64,000 bases of DNA from Octopus sinensis (taxonomy: Eukaryota): positions 434,001-498,000 of the forward strand of contig NW_021835991.1 of the NCBI RefSeq assembly GCF_006345805.1, in the 5' to 3' direction. Position numbers and translations under genes: made by a program. Of this stretch, positions 24,301-37,500 are shown piece after piece (position 1 is the stretch's first letter; each line of letters begins with the position of its first letter). Below the pieces are notes generated by a model, which saw nothing but the letters and a program-made list of their open reading frames with translations, made no database searches and was not told the DNA's origin.

Positions 24301-27300
24301 CTTGAAGGTTTTGGGGGACCACATCATGTGAGTCGAGGACTTTCTTGTTGTTCATTTTAACAAAAACGCAGAAAATAATTTTTTTAATTTTTTACCTTGA
24401 AGGTTTTGGGGGACCACATCATGTGAGTCGAGGACTTTCTTGTTGTTCATTTTAACAAAAACGCAGAAAATAATTTTTTTAATTTTTTACCTTGAAGGTT
24501 TTGGGGGCCACATCATGTGAGTCGAGGACTTTCTTGTTGTTAATTTTAACAAAAACGCAGAAAATAATTTTTTTAATTTTTTAGCTTGAAGGTTTTGGGG
24601 GACCACATCATGTGAGTCGAGGACTTTCTTGTTGTTCATTTTAACAAAAACGCAGAAAATAATTTTTTTTAATTTTTTGGCTTGAAGGTTTTGGGGGACC
24701 ACATCATGTGAGTCGAGGACTTTCTTGTTGTTCATTTTAACAAAAACGCAGAAAATAATTTTTTAATTTTTTAGCTTGAAGGTTTTGGGGGACCACATCA
24801 TGTGAGTCGAGGACTTTCTTGTTGTTCATTTTAACAAAAACGCAGAAAATAATTTTTTTTAATTTTTTGGCTTGAAGGTTTTGGGGGACCACATCATGTG
24901 AGTCGAGGACTTTCTTGTTGTTCATTTTAACAAAAACGCAGAAAATAATTTTTTTTAATTTTTTGGCTTGAAGGTTTTGGGGGACCACATCATGTGAGTC
25001 GAGGACTTTCTTGTTGGTCATTTTAACAAAAACGCAGAAAATAATTTTTTTAATTTTTTAGCTTGAAGGTTTTGGGGGACCACATCATGTGAGTCGAGGA
25101 CTTTCTTGTTGTTCATTTTAACAAAAACGCAGAAAATAATTTTTTTAATTTTTTAGCTTGAGGTTTTGGGGGACCACATCATGTGAGTCGAGGACTTTCT
25201 TGTTGTTCATTTTAACAAAAACGCAGAAAATAATTTTTTTAATTTTTTGGCTTGAAGGTTTTGGGGGACCACATCATGTGAGTCGAGGACTTTCTTGTTG
25301 TTCATTTTAACAAAAACGCAGAAAATAATTTTTTTAATTTTTTAGCTTGAAGGTTTTGGGGGACCACATCATGTGAGTCGAGGACTTTCTTGTTGTTCAT
25401 TTTAACAAAAACGCAGAAAATAATTTTTTTTAATTTTTTGGCTTGAAGGTTTTGGGGGACCACATCATGTGAGTCGAGGACTTTCTTGTTGGTCATTTTA
25501 ACAAAAACGCAGAAAATAATTTTTTTAATTTTTTGGCTTGAAGGTTTTGGGGGACCACATCATGTGAGTCGAGGACTTTCTTGTTGTTCATTTTAACAAA
25601 AACGCAGAAAATAATTTTTTTAATTTTTTAGCTTGAAGGTTTTGGGGGACCACATCATGTGAGTCGAGGACTTTCTTGTTGTTCATTTTAACAAAAACGC
25701 AGAAAATAATTTTTTTTAATTTTTTGGCTCGAAGGTTTTGGGGGACCACATCATGTGAGTCGAGGACTTTCTTGTTGGTCATTTTAACAAAAACGCAGAA
25801 AATAATTTTTTTTAATTTTTTAGCTTGAAGGTTTTGGGGACCACATCATGTGAGTCGAGGACTTTCTTGTTGTTCATTTTAACAAAAACGCAGAAAATAA
25901 TTTTTTTTAATTTTTTGGCTTGAAGGTTTTGGGGGACCACATCATGTGAGTCGAGGACTTTCTTGTTGTTCATTTTAACAAAAACGCAGAAAATAATTTT
26001 TTTAATTTTTTAGCTTGAAGGTTTTGGGGGACCACATCATGTGAGTCGAGGACTTTCTTGTTGTTTATTTTAACAAAAACGCAGAAAATAATTTTTTTAA
26101 TTTTTTGGCTTGAAGGTTTTGGGAAACCACATCATGTGAGTCGAGGACTTTCTTGTTGGTCATTTTAACAAAAACGCAGAAAATAATTTTTTTAATTTTT
26201 TAGCTTGAAGGTTTTGGGGGACCACATCATGTGAGTCGAGGACTTTCTTGTTGTTCATTTTAACAAAAACGCAGAAAATAATTTTTTTTAATTTTTTGGC
26301 TTGAAGGTTTTGGGGGACCACATCATGTGAGTCGAGGACTTTCTTGTTGTTCATTTTAACAAAAACGCAGAAAATAATTTTTTTTAATTTTTTGGCTTGA
26401 AGGTTTTGGGGGACCACATCATGTGAGTCGAGGACTTTCTTGTTGTTCATTTTAACAAAAACGCAGAAAATAATTTTTTTAATTTTTGGCTTGAAGGTTT
26501 TGGGGGACCACATCATGTGAGTCGAGGACTTTCTTGTTGGTCATTTTAACAAAAACGCAGAAAATAATTTTTTAATTTTTTAGCTTGAAGGTTTTGGGGG
26601 ACCACATCATGTGAGTCGAGGACTTTCTTGTTGTTCATTTTAACAAAAACGCAGAAAATAATTTTTTTAATTTTTTGGCTTGAAGGTTTTGGGGGACCAC
26701 ATCATGTGAGTCGAGGACTTTCTTGTTGTTCATTTTAACAAAAACGCAGAAAATAATTTTTTTTAATTTTTTGGCTTGAAGGTTTTGGGGGACCACATCA
26801 TGTGAGTCGAGGACTTTCTTGTTGGTCATTTTAACAAAAACGCAGAAAATAATTTTTTTAATTTTTTAGCTTGAAGGTTTTGGGGGACCACATCATGTGA
26901 GTCGAGGACTTTCTTGTTGTTCATTTTAACAAAAACGCAGAAAATAATTTTTTTAATTTTTGGCTTGAAGGTTTTGGGGGACCACATCATGTGAGTCGAG
27001 GACTTTCTTGTTGTTCATTTTAACAAAAACGCAGAAAATAATTTTTTTTAATTTTTTGGCTTGAAGGTTTTGGGGGACCACATCATGTGAGTCGAGGACT
27101 TTCTTGTTGTTCATTTTAACAAAAACGCAGAAAATAATTTTTTTTAATTTTTTGGCTTGAAGGTTTTGGGGGACCACATCATGTGAGTCGAGGACTTTCT
27201 TGTTGTTCATTTTAACAAAAACGCAGAAAATAATTTTTTTTAATTTTTTGGCTTGAAGGTTTTGGGGGACCACATCATGTGAGTCGAGGACTTTCTTGTT

Positions 27301-27455
27301 GTTCATTTTAACAAAAACGCAGAAAATAATTTTTTTTAATTTTTTGGCTTGAAGGTTTTGGGGGACCACATCATGTGAGTCGAGGACTTTCTTGTTGTTC
27401 ATTTTAACAAAACGCAGAAAATTGACTTGAAGGTTTTGGGGGACCTCATCATCGA
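21355..27455 (-). repeat. Satellite array, ~95-96-bp unit, ~64 copies
   Basis: Plus-strand unit GACCACATCATGTGAGTCGAGGACTTTCTTGTTGTTCATTTTAACAAAAACGCAGAAAATAATTTTTTTTAATTTTTTGGCTTGAAGGTTTTGGGG, head to tail, no spacers. Confidence 0.98.
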
Positions 27456-28530
27456 GGATATTCTTTCTTATTAAAATTTTTTGACAGGAAGGTTCTTAGA
27501 GGATATCAACCTTTTATTGTGCCTCATTATCGAATAACTACAAAAGGGAAGGTTTTGACAATTTGATCTGGTTTGTAACAATTTGAATGTGGGTGTGCAC
27601 AGACAGACAGACAGACACACAGACAGACAGACAGACACACACCATACCATTTTATTATTAAGACTACCAGATTGCCGATTTCCGAATCTAATCAATAACG
27701 ATAAAATCAATTAAGCGATGCTAAGATAAACATATGCATGCGAATCGACATTTAGTAAACTGTTTGAATTAAGTGATTTGTTGCGTACTTAAACTTGTAA
27801 AATTAAAGCTAATTTTGATGTTTAAATAATAAATAATTACTATAAAAATATTGGTGGCCCCTTTAATTTTTTTATGTTTGTGGCCCCTAATTAAAAAAGC
27901 TTGAGAATCACTGATTTATACCAGTAATTTTTGTCAATATTCATTAAAAATTTTTATTGTGCTAATATCAAATAAATTACGAACGAGAGTATTTCTGTAA
28001 AATTTCCAGCTCAGCAATTAAAACTTGATTAAAAAAAGATCCCTACATGTTTAAATTGAAAGTAGAATTCAGCAATTCCAAAAGACTGGCAGATGTTCCT
28101 GAAAAGCATTTAAATTCGTTACTACATAAGAAAGTGTGGTAGCCAACCTAACCAGTCAAAACGCCACAGGGACATTGATGTTTAGCCAAAACGATTATCG
28201 AGACAGACTAAAATTCGTACTGATTCACAAAGAAGCACTCAGACTACACTTCACTATAATTTGTAATTTGTTAAACAAATTATTTAATTGATGTTAATCC
28301 GACCGTTATCTGCTGGAGGTTAATCTCCTCCTTTTAGAGGAAAAAGTAACCAACACCACTCCTTGATCCTCTATCTCCAAGTTAGTTACGACTCTTTTCC
28401 CCTCATTCTCCATATTATCTTCGTACGAATGACTTGCTTCAATTAAGAGGCTAATAATTTGTAATACTGATATTAAATATCATTTAATTCGTCTGGAAAG
28501 AAATAAATTAAAAATAGAAAACATGACAAG

Positions 28531-29045
28531 TTACAACAAACCAGCTCTGCAATACGGACAGGTCCATTTTATCTATATAATATAAAATAATCAAACTAAA
28601 ATCCATTTCCTAGCACAAGATCGATGAAAAAAATGAGAACAAGGGAATTGAGCAATTTTTGAATTTATATTGTACATTTCAAGGCAAATTGAACAAACAT
28701 CGTAATCTTTTTCACTCTTCAAAGTCCTGCGAGATTTAAGAATTGATTTGTATTTTTTAGGCTTCCCAAGTAAGAAATTAATTCTTCGCTTTTTAATACT
28801 TCTACGTCTTAAGTCCTAAAATGTATAAACACAGATGCTACATCTTGATCGACTTCTAAACTGATAAAGTCAGAAAAATCTGGATATCGAGAAGATTGTT
28901 CTTCTTGAGTATCAAATTGGTACGATGGAGAATAATCTGAATCGATTTCATAATAAATTTGAGTAATTAAAGGATGATCGTCTCGTGCTATTATGCGATA
29001 CCCTAAAAGTTCGTCGTCAATTTCATTTTCTCCATTTCGCGACAT
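28531..29045 (-). CDS. RING-H2 protein, duplicate of 2390-2904
   Basis: Same exon structure, open frame, few substitutions. Confidence 0.85.
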
Positions 29046-30189
29046 TTTTACGTTTGATATGATTAAACAATATTGTCGCAATAGGAATAGGAAATTAAGC
29101 CAATAAGAGCAAGAAACTAATGATTTTATAGAAAAACGTATTTTATAATTAAATAAAATAAAAAAATAATAATTATCTATAGAATATAAATAAAATACAT
29201 AAAAATATTAATAAATTGATTTTATAGAAATTATTATTCAAAATCAAGACATAGTTTTTCCAGGAGAATTTAAATATTTAGATTTAGCAAAACTAGCTTT
29301 TGAATATTAAATCTCTAACGTATTTTTAAAATGATTATTCGATAATCGGATGGTACTAGTTTTTGGTTATTTTTCAAGTATCTAAAAACTATATTCTACA
29401 GTTGGAATTTTTCCATGTGATGCTAAAAATAGAAATATATTGGAAATTAATGCAATTTTAAATAGGAATTATTAAATTCCAATTTAGGATTCAAAATTTA
29501 ATATAAAAGAAGAATTTCCGTTATTTTCCAAATGATATATAATTTGATAAGTAAAATTGATTATTCCGACATTTTTTTATTTAATTTCGACATGATTAGT
29601 TTTTATTGTATCTTTTTGTTATTTATAAAATTTTCCAAGTTTATTTTAAATTTCAAGACTTAATCTAATAATATTTTTCGCAATTCTTATTTAAATTAAT
29701 TTAAATGCAAATTAAATGTAGTTGTCTACTGAATTTTTATTATGAATTTATTTATTTAGAAAACAGAATTTGAAGTATATTTAGAATAATTTATTTTTAA
29801 ATTTCAAATTTAAAGTACTTTCAAAATCAGCTTTAATTTAAACTTGAGTTCGTAGAAAATCATTTCTTTGGTATTTTTGGAAGGTTTGGAATGGATTTTT
29901 AATAAAAAACGCAATTTGATATGAAACATTTAAAGCAATTTAATTGTTTGTTATTTTAGGAATAATTTGGAAATTTTTTTCAAAAATGGATATTTAATCT
30001 GTATAATTATTTAGGATTTAATTAGCAGCAGAGGATAAGATGGAATGGCTATTGGTATGCTTCGGAAAAGCCAGCTATTTTTTGAAAATTGACTGAAGCT
30101 CTAAGTGGGGAACTTGATTTTTTAAATTTATATAAAAATTAATAAAGTTCTTACAATCAAATTGTTTTAATAAACTTTGATAAAATTGG

Positions 30190-30335
30190 TTATGAATGCT
30201 TTTTAAAGCAAGGCAGTATGTTATTTCCGGTTCAGGAATTATTCCCAAAAACATTTCTGTAAAAGTAGCTAACTATGTTAATAACTATAACATTAAAAAT
30301 ATTTTTAATTGCGATGAAACGGGATTAGGAATTAG
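30190..30335 (+). pseudogene. pogo/Tigger transposase remnant (duplicate)
   Basis: NYNIKNIFNCDETGL. Confidence 0.55.
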
Positions 30336-31296
30336 AACAAAAAAACGAGATTGTATATGTCTAACTTGGTTGAACATTGTCGAAGAAGAAATGATTCAAC
30401 AAAACCGACAAAGTCAACAAAACTGAAGTAAAATCATATATTCTCATTTGTAAACAATAACAGGAATAAATACATATGTAGATAACATTTTCAAATTTTT
30501 TCCAATTATTATAATTTCAGAAAAATATTAGGAATGAATTGTAAGAATTCGCGACAGGAGGAAAATTCACTGACTATTTAGATTCTTTTGAGTTTTGCGA
30601 TTATATTTTTTGTGGCTGTTCAAATGGATACTTGTTCTTAACTGTGAAGGTTATTTTAAAATTAAAGATAATTGATTTTTTTGTGTTTTCTTTTTTCTTT
30701 AAATTAAAAGTATGACTTAAAAAACTGTTAAATTTGAATAAAAATTATTTTTCAGTAAAGAAACTCAGAAGGAATGCATCAATTTCGACAGAAAGAAACG
30801 ATTGCTTAATTGAATTATAATTTTTTTGCATAACCCCCAAGTTGCACTTTAAAGTCGACAATTCAAGCAAAAACAGCACTCACAACATGCTAATCCAAAG
30901 CAGAGACAGAGGAAAGGAGTCGTTTGTGCCGAAATCTTCATTACAGTTTCGATGCCGAGTTCCCATTTCTGGCAGTTCCCTACCATCGCTGGCCAAACTT
31001 TATTTGTTTTTCGGGAAGGTTTTGCATAATAAAAAATTGTCATTGATAATGTAAATAAGAGAAGATGGAAATCACCTTTAAACAACTGTGCCGTGCTAGA
31101 AGGACTCGCCGTCTCACGGGTGGGGAAGGTAGAGAAGATTAACCTCAGCTTAAAAGCAGCCTCATTTGGAATCGAACACACGACGGCTGTATTCTACCAT
31201 CCCAAGCATACTTTTAGCCAACGGGTCATTTATAGTCATTTTATTGACTAGAACATAACAATTTATTATTCATTAATTAAATCCCAATAAATAGAG

Positions 31297-33099
31297 CAGT
31301 GGTTCTCAACCTTTATTTTTGTATCGCCCCCCTTGGAATTTTTTTCGCCTCTCCAATTTTTATATCGCCCCCTTATTTCATTAGTAAAAATTTTTATTTA
31401 AAAAATAAGAGTTTTAATGAGATCCTTGTGGTTGATGAAGATTGACAAGTTTTTCAAAATTTGTACTTCTTTTCGTAAGTGTAATTCTAATGTCGCCTCT
31501 TTCTTCTATATTTAGTTTGTTTCTTTTTTTTCCGATCATACTATTCAGAGTGCTGAATCCTCTCTCTACGCAGTATGACGTAGGAAAACCTAATATTATT
31601 GGCATCATTTTTTCCCATAATTTCGGGAATTTCATTTTTATAGATTTTTCTCCCCAGAATTGTGTCAGGTTTTCATTTTTAAATTTTATTTTCAGTTCTT
31701 CGTCGTTTTTTAGTTCTATTAATTCTTCTTGACATTCATCATCAGAATCATAATGAATGGGCAACCAAGGATTAATCATCCAATCAGAAAAGTTTAAATT
31801 AATTAAATCTTCAAATCTTTTTTTTCAAATCTTGTTCCAAAGATTCTAGATGAAATTCATAAATTTTCAGATCGTTGTCATCAAAAGTGTGGTCATAAAA
31901 ATCGAATTTTCCAAACTTTCTATTACTTAAATTAAATTTGTAAAATTGAATTTTTTCAATGAATGTATTTATAATTCGTTTGCAATTAATTAAATTAACA
32001 TAATCTCCTTTTTTGCAATTAAATGATGCCGATGTAAAATACAATGAATTGAAGTGGACATTGGAGATTTTTGTTTTAGAAAAGCTAAAAAAAACCACGA
32101 TATTTTCCAACCATAGCCATTGCGCCATCTGTTGCGCACGATAAAATATGTTCAAATGGAATATCATTTAAGAATAAATAAGATTCAAACATTTTGAATA
32201 TTGAGAATCCTGTAGTATCCGTGACTAAAGATTTTGCAAATAATAACTCTTCTTGCAAAATAAAATCATCATCGAAATATCTTTATAAAAAGTAATACCT
32301 TACATATGCCATCAAAATTGACTGATTATCAACGACAACTGATTCGTCAAGTTGGACTGAAAACTTGCGTTCTCTGAGAAATAAAATTAAAGATTGTTCA
32401 ATTTCATTAGAAATTTCATCAATTCTTCTTCGTATAGTGTCGTTGCTTAATAAAATAGTCTTCATAATATTTGAAGAATCTTTTTGTAAAATAAATAAAT
32501 TTAAGCAAAAACGGATGATATTTTCTGCAATCGAATCGGCATTACCTATAATCTAAAATAATAATGCAACCAGTTTTTGCGATTATCCCTGCAAATTTAT
32601 ATGAATAAGATAATCCAGAGACATTTTGAAATCTATTTTTATTAAAGATTGACGGTAAGGTGTTTTTTCAAAATTCTTTTTTAATTCTAGAAAAAGTCTA
32701 GCGTTTTCTCAACTGAATTATGTGTTTTCGCTTAAAATGTTTAATCAAACAACACGGTTTCATAGCCTCATTCAAAAAGATTCTACCACATTGAAGACAG
32801 TGGTTTATTAGGATCCTGAGGATTTTTAATAAATCAAAGAGAAATATATTCATCTTAATACATTCTGACTTTTTTTTGAACACGACCCATAAAGATAACT
32901 AGAAATCACGCTTAGAAATTTAAATAAAATATAATACAAATATCATGTTATTAGACTCGATTATATATCTTTATTTTTTCAAAGATTATTGACTTCTAAC
33001 ATAAGATTTTAATTTTTCAAATATTAGCAATCAGCCATCGCCCCCCTGGCAGAAAAAATCGCCCCTAGGGGGCGAATCGCCCACCGTTGAGAACCACTG
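31297..33099 (-). mobile_element. Buster/Charlie-type hAT transposon, internally deleted (1.8 kb)
   Basis: 14-bp TIR CAGTGGTTCTCAAC, 8-bp TSD AAATAGAG (31289-31296, 33100-33107), empty site at ~5297 in copy A. ORF pieces CLQCGRIFLNEAMKP, FSVQLDES and FPTSYCVERGFS. Confidence 0.95.
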
Positions 33100-33543
33100 A
33101 AATAGAGCATTATTTGTGACTTAGTCAACGTGACTCTTATATGGTAGTGTTTCGATGTGGATCCATTAACCATCAGACCGAAGTATATACAAATTAAACA
33201 TCAACAGTTAGTAATAAAAGAGTTTGTTCATTTTCCAGAATATTAAGAGACATTTGATAAATTTTGTCTCCGATTATAAAATGAGCTAGGACAGTTGAAA
33301 TAAATTTATAATAAATCACTTAAATTAAAATATGAAAAATGACAAAACTCGAAAATTTTTTTTGGAAATATTCTTATTTGTTTAAAAATCTATAACCATC
33401 TCCCTTGTTCAATCACACTAATGTTTTCAAATTTTCAATACTTTTATTTAAAAAAATATTTCAAATTAATTAGCTGCTGCATTATATTAAATATTTTTTA
33501 ATTCAACAACAAACTCAAATAACAAATAAAGAAAACAAAACTA

Positions 33544-34017
33544 TCAAACTTTTGCCCGGCAATATGGGCAGGTTAATTTGCGAGATTCCATTTCTTTCAG
33601 CCATTTTTTAACACACGAGAAATGAAAAAAATGACCGCATTTGAGTTTAGCTACGTTTGTCTTTGGTTTGTACGTGTCAAGACATATAGAGCAGGTATCG
33701 TCAATTTTTACTTCCAGTTTATCATAAACACATTTTTTAATTCTTTTAAGTGCTGATTTTACTGACTTTGGTCTTATTTTCATTAAATACTTTAAAGAAA
33801 TTAAACAAAATTAATTACTGGTTCAAAAAAATATATATCCCCAGCTTCCACCAGCCTCATAAATCGATCTATAAATAGCCTGTTCTTCATTCAAATACCG
33901 TGGAAAAATGTGGGGACATATTGTGATTCTCTATGAGTTACAAATTGATTTATACAGCTGGAGCAAGAATTGAATATCTCGATTCATTAAAGAATGCGGA
34001 GTGAAAAAATATGGCAT
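33544..34017 (-). CDS. RING-H2 protein, duplicate of 5749-6222
   Basis: Same exon structure; two amino-acid changes in the last exon. Confidence 0.85.
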
Positions 34018-34563
34018 TATATGACTAAAAATAAATAAAATATAAATAGTACAAATAGAAACACCACAAATGCAATAAACAATTTCAAAATATTTATTGC
34101 ATTTAAAATACTTTTTAAATAATCTTAATATTTTCATTTATTTTGTGTTTATAAAATTGTATCTATTTTATGAACAGAGTTAGAACTAAAATAAAGGCTT
34201 ATTAATTGGGTTCTGGTGTTGTGTATGGAATATCAAGAGAACTATGATATCGGTGATATGAAAGTAAATATATTAAAGTAAAAATAATTTTCATCATAAT
34301 GTGGAACTACTGTTCAATAGCATAGGGAATATTCCCAGGAATTGTAGAGAATTAAATACACAAAATAAAATATCATTAGATTACAGAAGAGTCAAAGCAG
34401 TCAAAAAGATACGAGAAGCTTAAAAAAGGTTTTTGCAGATTTTATGAAAAAGAGTTAATGTGAGAATTTTTAATACGTTTAGACAAGTTTTGTGATAATT
34501 TTATAAGTTTTATTCAAATTTTAAATTGAATAAATATTGCTTAGCAACGTTTGTTATTACAAA

Positions 34564-37500
34564 ATGACGGAAAGTACAAATGAGAGTTTACTGAGAATTA
34601 TTCAAGATCATCAGTTAGTTTATGAAAAAGAAATAAACAACTTAAAATACGATGAAAACAACTCAGAGGTTAATTTTCAATCATTTATTTCAAATAGAAA
34701 AACTACAATATATCAAGAATATAACAGAGATTTGACTGATCAGAACAAATTACTCATTTCTTTATTATTTGATAAAAATGAAAATTCTGACATTGCAGTT
34801 CTATTTGAGCAAAATAAATCAAATGAACACAAAATTTTGTTTTTAGAAAAAGAGTATTCAGCACTTAAAGATATGTATGAACAAAAAATTGACCAAGTAT
34901 TCATTTTATTTATTTCAAATAAATATATAGCAATAATTATTTGGTGGGATTAGATCGATATTAATTAATATATGTACAATTATTAAATATAAACTAATAT
35001 AAATAAGTTATTCAAAGTTAAATGTTTATTAATGAATAGATAGTATCATTAAAAGAATATATCCGCCAAAAAGAAGAAGATTCCGAGCTGGAAAACCATC
35101 ACAACAAACAATTTTCCCCAACAAGACAACAATCAAATGACAATGAAACGGAAAACAAGAACCATACTATCCAACGTTGGCTTGAAAATGCAATTCTTGC
35201 CCAAAATGACCAACAGTCTTTTGAACAAATCCAACCAGACCAAACGGATGAACTACGAGCTCAGCTTTCTAAACAAATTGATGAGACAGCCTTCGTGCAA
35301 TCGGCATTGGAGAGCAAAGAAAGTCTCATTCAAAGCTTGGAAGAAGATTTTTTTGGACTTAAAAAACACTGCGAGTTCCTTAAAGACCAACTTCAGTGTT
35401 TACAGATCTCTGAGGAAAAATTGTGCAGAGAAAATGCCTCATTAAGAGACCGACTGAGTTCGGAACAGTTAAAAGTATTTTTTCTAAAAAAAATTTAGGA
35501 TGAATTTGAAAACTCTAAAGAGGTTTTTTAGTTAATTAATAATTATTTTAAATTAATTATTAAATAAAATATTAGATTGCAGAAAGAGACGATGTGATAC
35601 ACAGATTATCCAATGAGTTGAACAGGACTCGACAGGGAATCAAGCAAATGAAAGGCAATATTGAACAAAGGGAAGAACAAATAAGAGAAATGAGAATTTC
35701 ACACGATAAATTACAAGAAGAGAACTTAAAATTAGTTCAAGTTAAGTGTAATATCTATGATTTAGATCGATATGAACAATCAGGCTAAAATGGTAAAACA
35801 GGACGAATTCAGGTCACTACAAACAGATAATACTGTATTGAGGCAGACTATAAGCAAACTTGTGGCTGATAACAGTAAATCGAGTTATCAGACACAAAAA
35901 GCCACTGAAGAATGTGAGTCATTGAATAATCGATGCTTATCACAAAAAGACCAAGTAAAGAATTGTGTTTAAAATATTTTATTAAAATTATATTTTTGTA
36001 AATTAAATATAAAATTAAAAAATATTATAGTTAAAATTATTTAGATAAATGAAATGATTGAAAAAATCTCCAAAAGAGATTTAGAACTAAAGATACTAAA
36101 GGAAAAGCTCTCCAACATCAAACTGGAAGTAAAATTTAAAATATTCTAAATTTCCCAGTTAAAATTTCAAATTGACCAGAAAGACTCCATTGCTGTTGAT
36201 CTGAAATCTTTCAAGTTACAAACGAACGAAATTAACCTTGAAAACGAACGGAAAACTCACAGAGTGATTTCCCCGAATGCCTCATTTTAGATTGATCAAT
36301 TGGAACAAGAATTGGACCACTATTCCAAAGAGAACGAAGTCAGTACTGAGCAGGTTACTGTTAGATATAGATTGGCAGATTTCATTATTGAACTCTCAAT
36401 TAGAGGATTTTAGACGTAATGTAGAGCAGAATAAAGCTCAGGAAATGTCGGAAAGAAAAAAGCAGTTAGAATTCATATCAAGGCTGGAATCTGCTTTAGA
36501 CGGTGCTCACTCCTCATTAAGAAATGAACGACAAAATAACGAAAATAACAAGATTCTTATTTGTGATTTACAATCAGTTTTATTTGAAGAGAAAACAGAA
36601 TCGGAAAGAAGATTTGAAGCAGTAATATTAAATTAATTATTTTAGTTGACATATGCGAATGACAAGTTGAGAGATTATGAACTAAAGTTGTCTGAGAGCA
36701 AATCAAAGGAGGAATCAAGTTCTTCCAAGATTGAGGAGATGAATGATGAGATGGAACATATAATGGAAGACAGGAATAATTTACTTGAGAATTTTAACCA
36801 ACAAATGGATAAAGTCATTTCTTTAGAGGAAATTGTGGCTTGTCAGAGCAGTGAGATCCAAAAAATCCAAACTGAAGTAACCAATTTGTATATTTTTAGA
36901 AATTTCGGATTTTAGTTGATTTAAGAGAAACTGAGGATATTAATGAAGATCTTAAATTAGAAATTAATGAGATTGAGAAGAATTTTGAGGCATCACAACA
37001 AAGAATCGTATTATTAAGCCAACGTGAGAAAGAAATGGTTGAAAACTACGAAGAAATGGCCGACAAGTTGGCACAAGCTCAGAAAGATTTGGAAAATGTT
37101 TATAAACAAGTAATAAATAAAATCAGGACATTGTAGCTCAAAGAAAGCGATTCGGAACTTGTTTGCGCAAAAACAGCTTTAAAAGACTACAAGTCTACCC
37201 ATAAATTCTCAAATGAAGAACATGAACAACTCGTAGAAGACCTGAATGTCCAGAAACGAGAAATTCTGTTAGTTAAAAATAGTTTGGAAATGGCGGGAAT
37301 TCAAAAAATACAACTTGAGGACCAATGTGCTTCATTAATAGCAAAAGTTATGTTTTAAAGTAGTAAAACCAGGGGGAAGAATCTGGAAGAAAGCTGGAAC
37401 AACTCAAGTTAAAAGTTGATAAAATCGTCATTAAAAACGCAAAAAAAGCTGAAAAGGCTGAAAATTTAATTAAAAAATTGAAACACGAAACATGTGAAAA

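Larger units (their letters stand above)
19749..27663 (-). mobile_element. Internally deleted Helitron (H2) carrying a satellite array
   Basis: 5' TCTTAATAATAAAATGG plus (GTCT)n at 27663-27598, then the array, an ORF remnant, Pif1 helicase motifs and a 3' GC-rich hairpin (19758-19776). The terminal CTAG is missing and no Rep/HUH domain is visible. Confidence 0.8.

Noticed and set aside
21355-27455. CRISPR array or repeat-protein gene (MNNKKVLDSHDVV ORFs)
   Set aside because: No unique spacers. ORFs open and close with homopolymer length and are only translations of the satellite.
19039-27663. A single Foldback-type element with long modular TIRs
   Set aside because: No TSD and the flanks are unrelated. 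The ends are two Helitron 5' TC termini, and a Helitron 3' hairpin lies inside.
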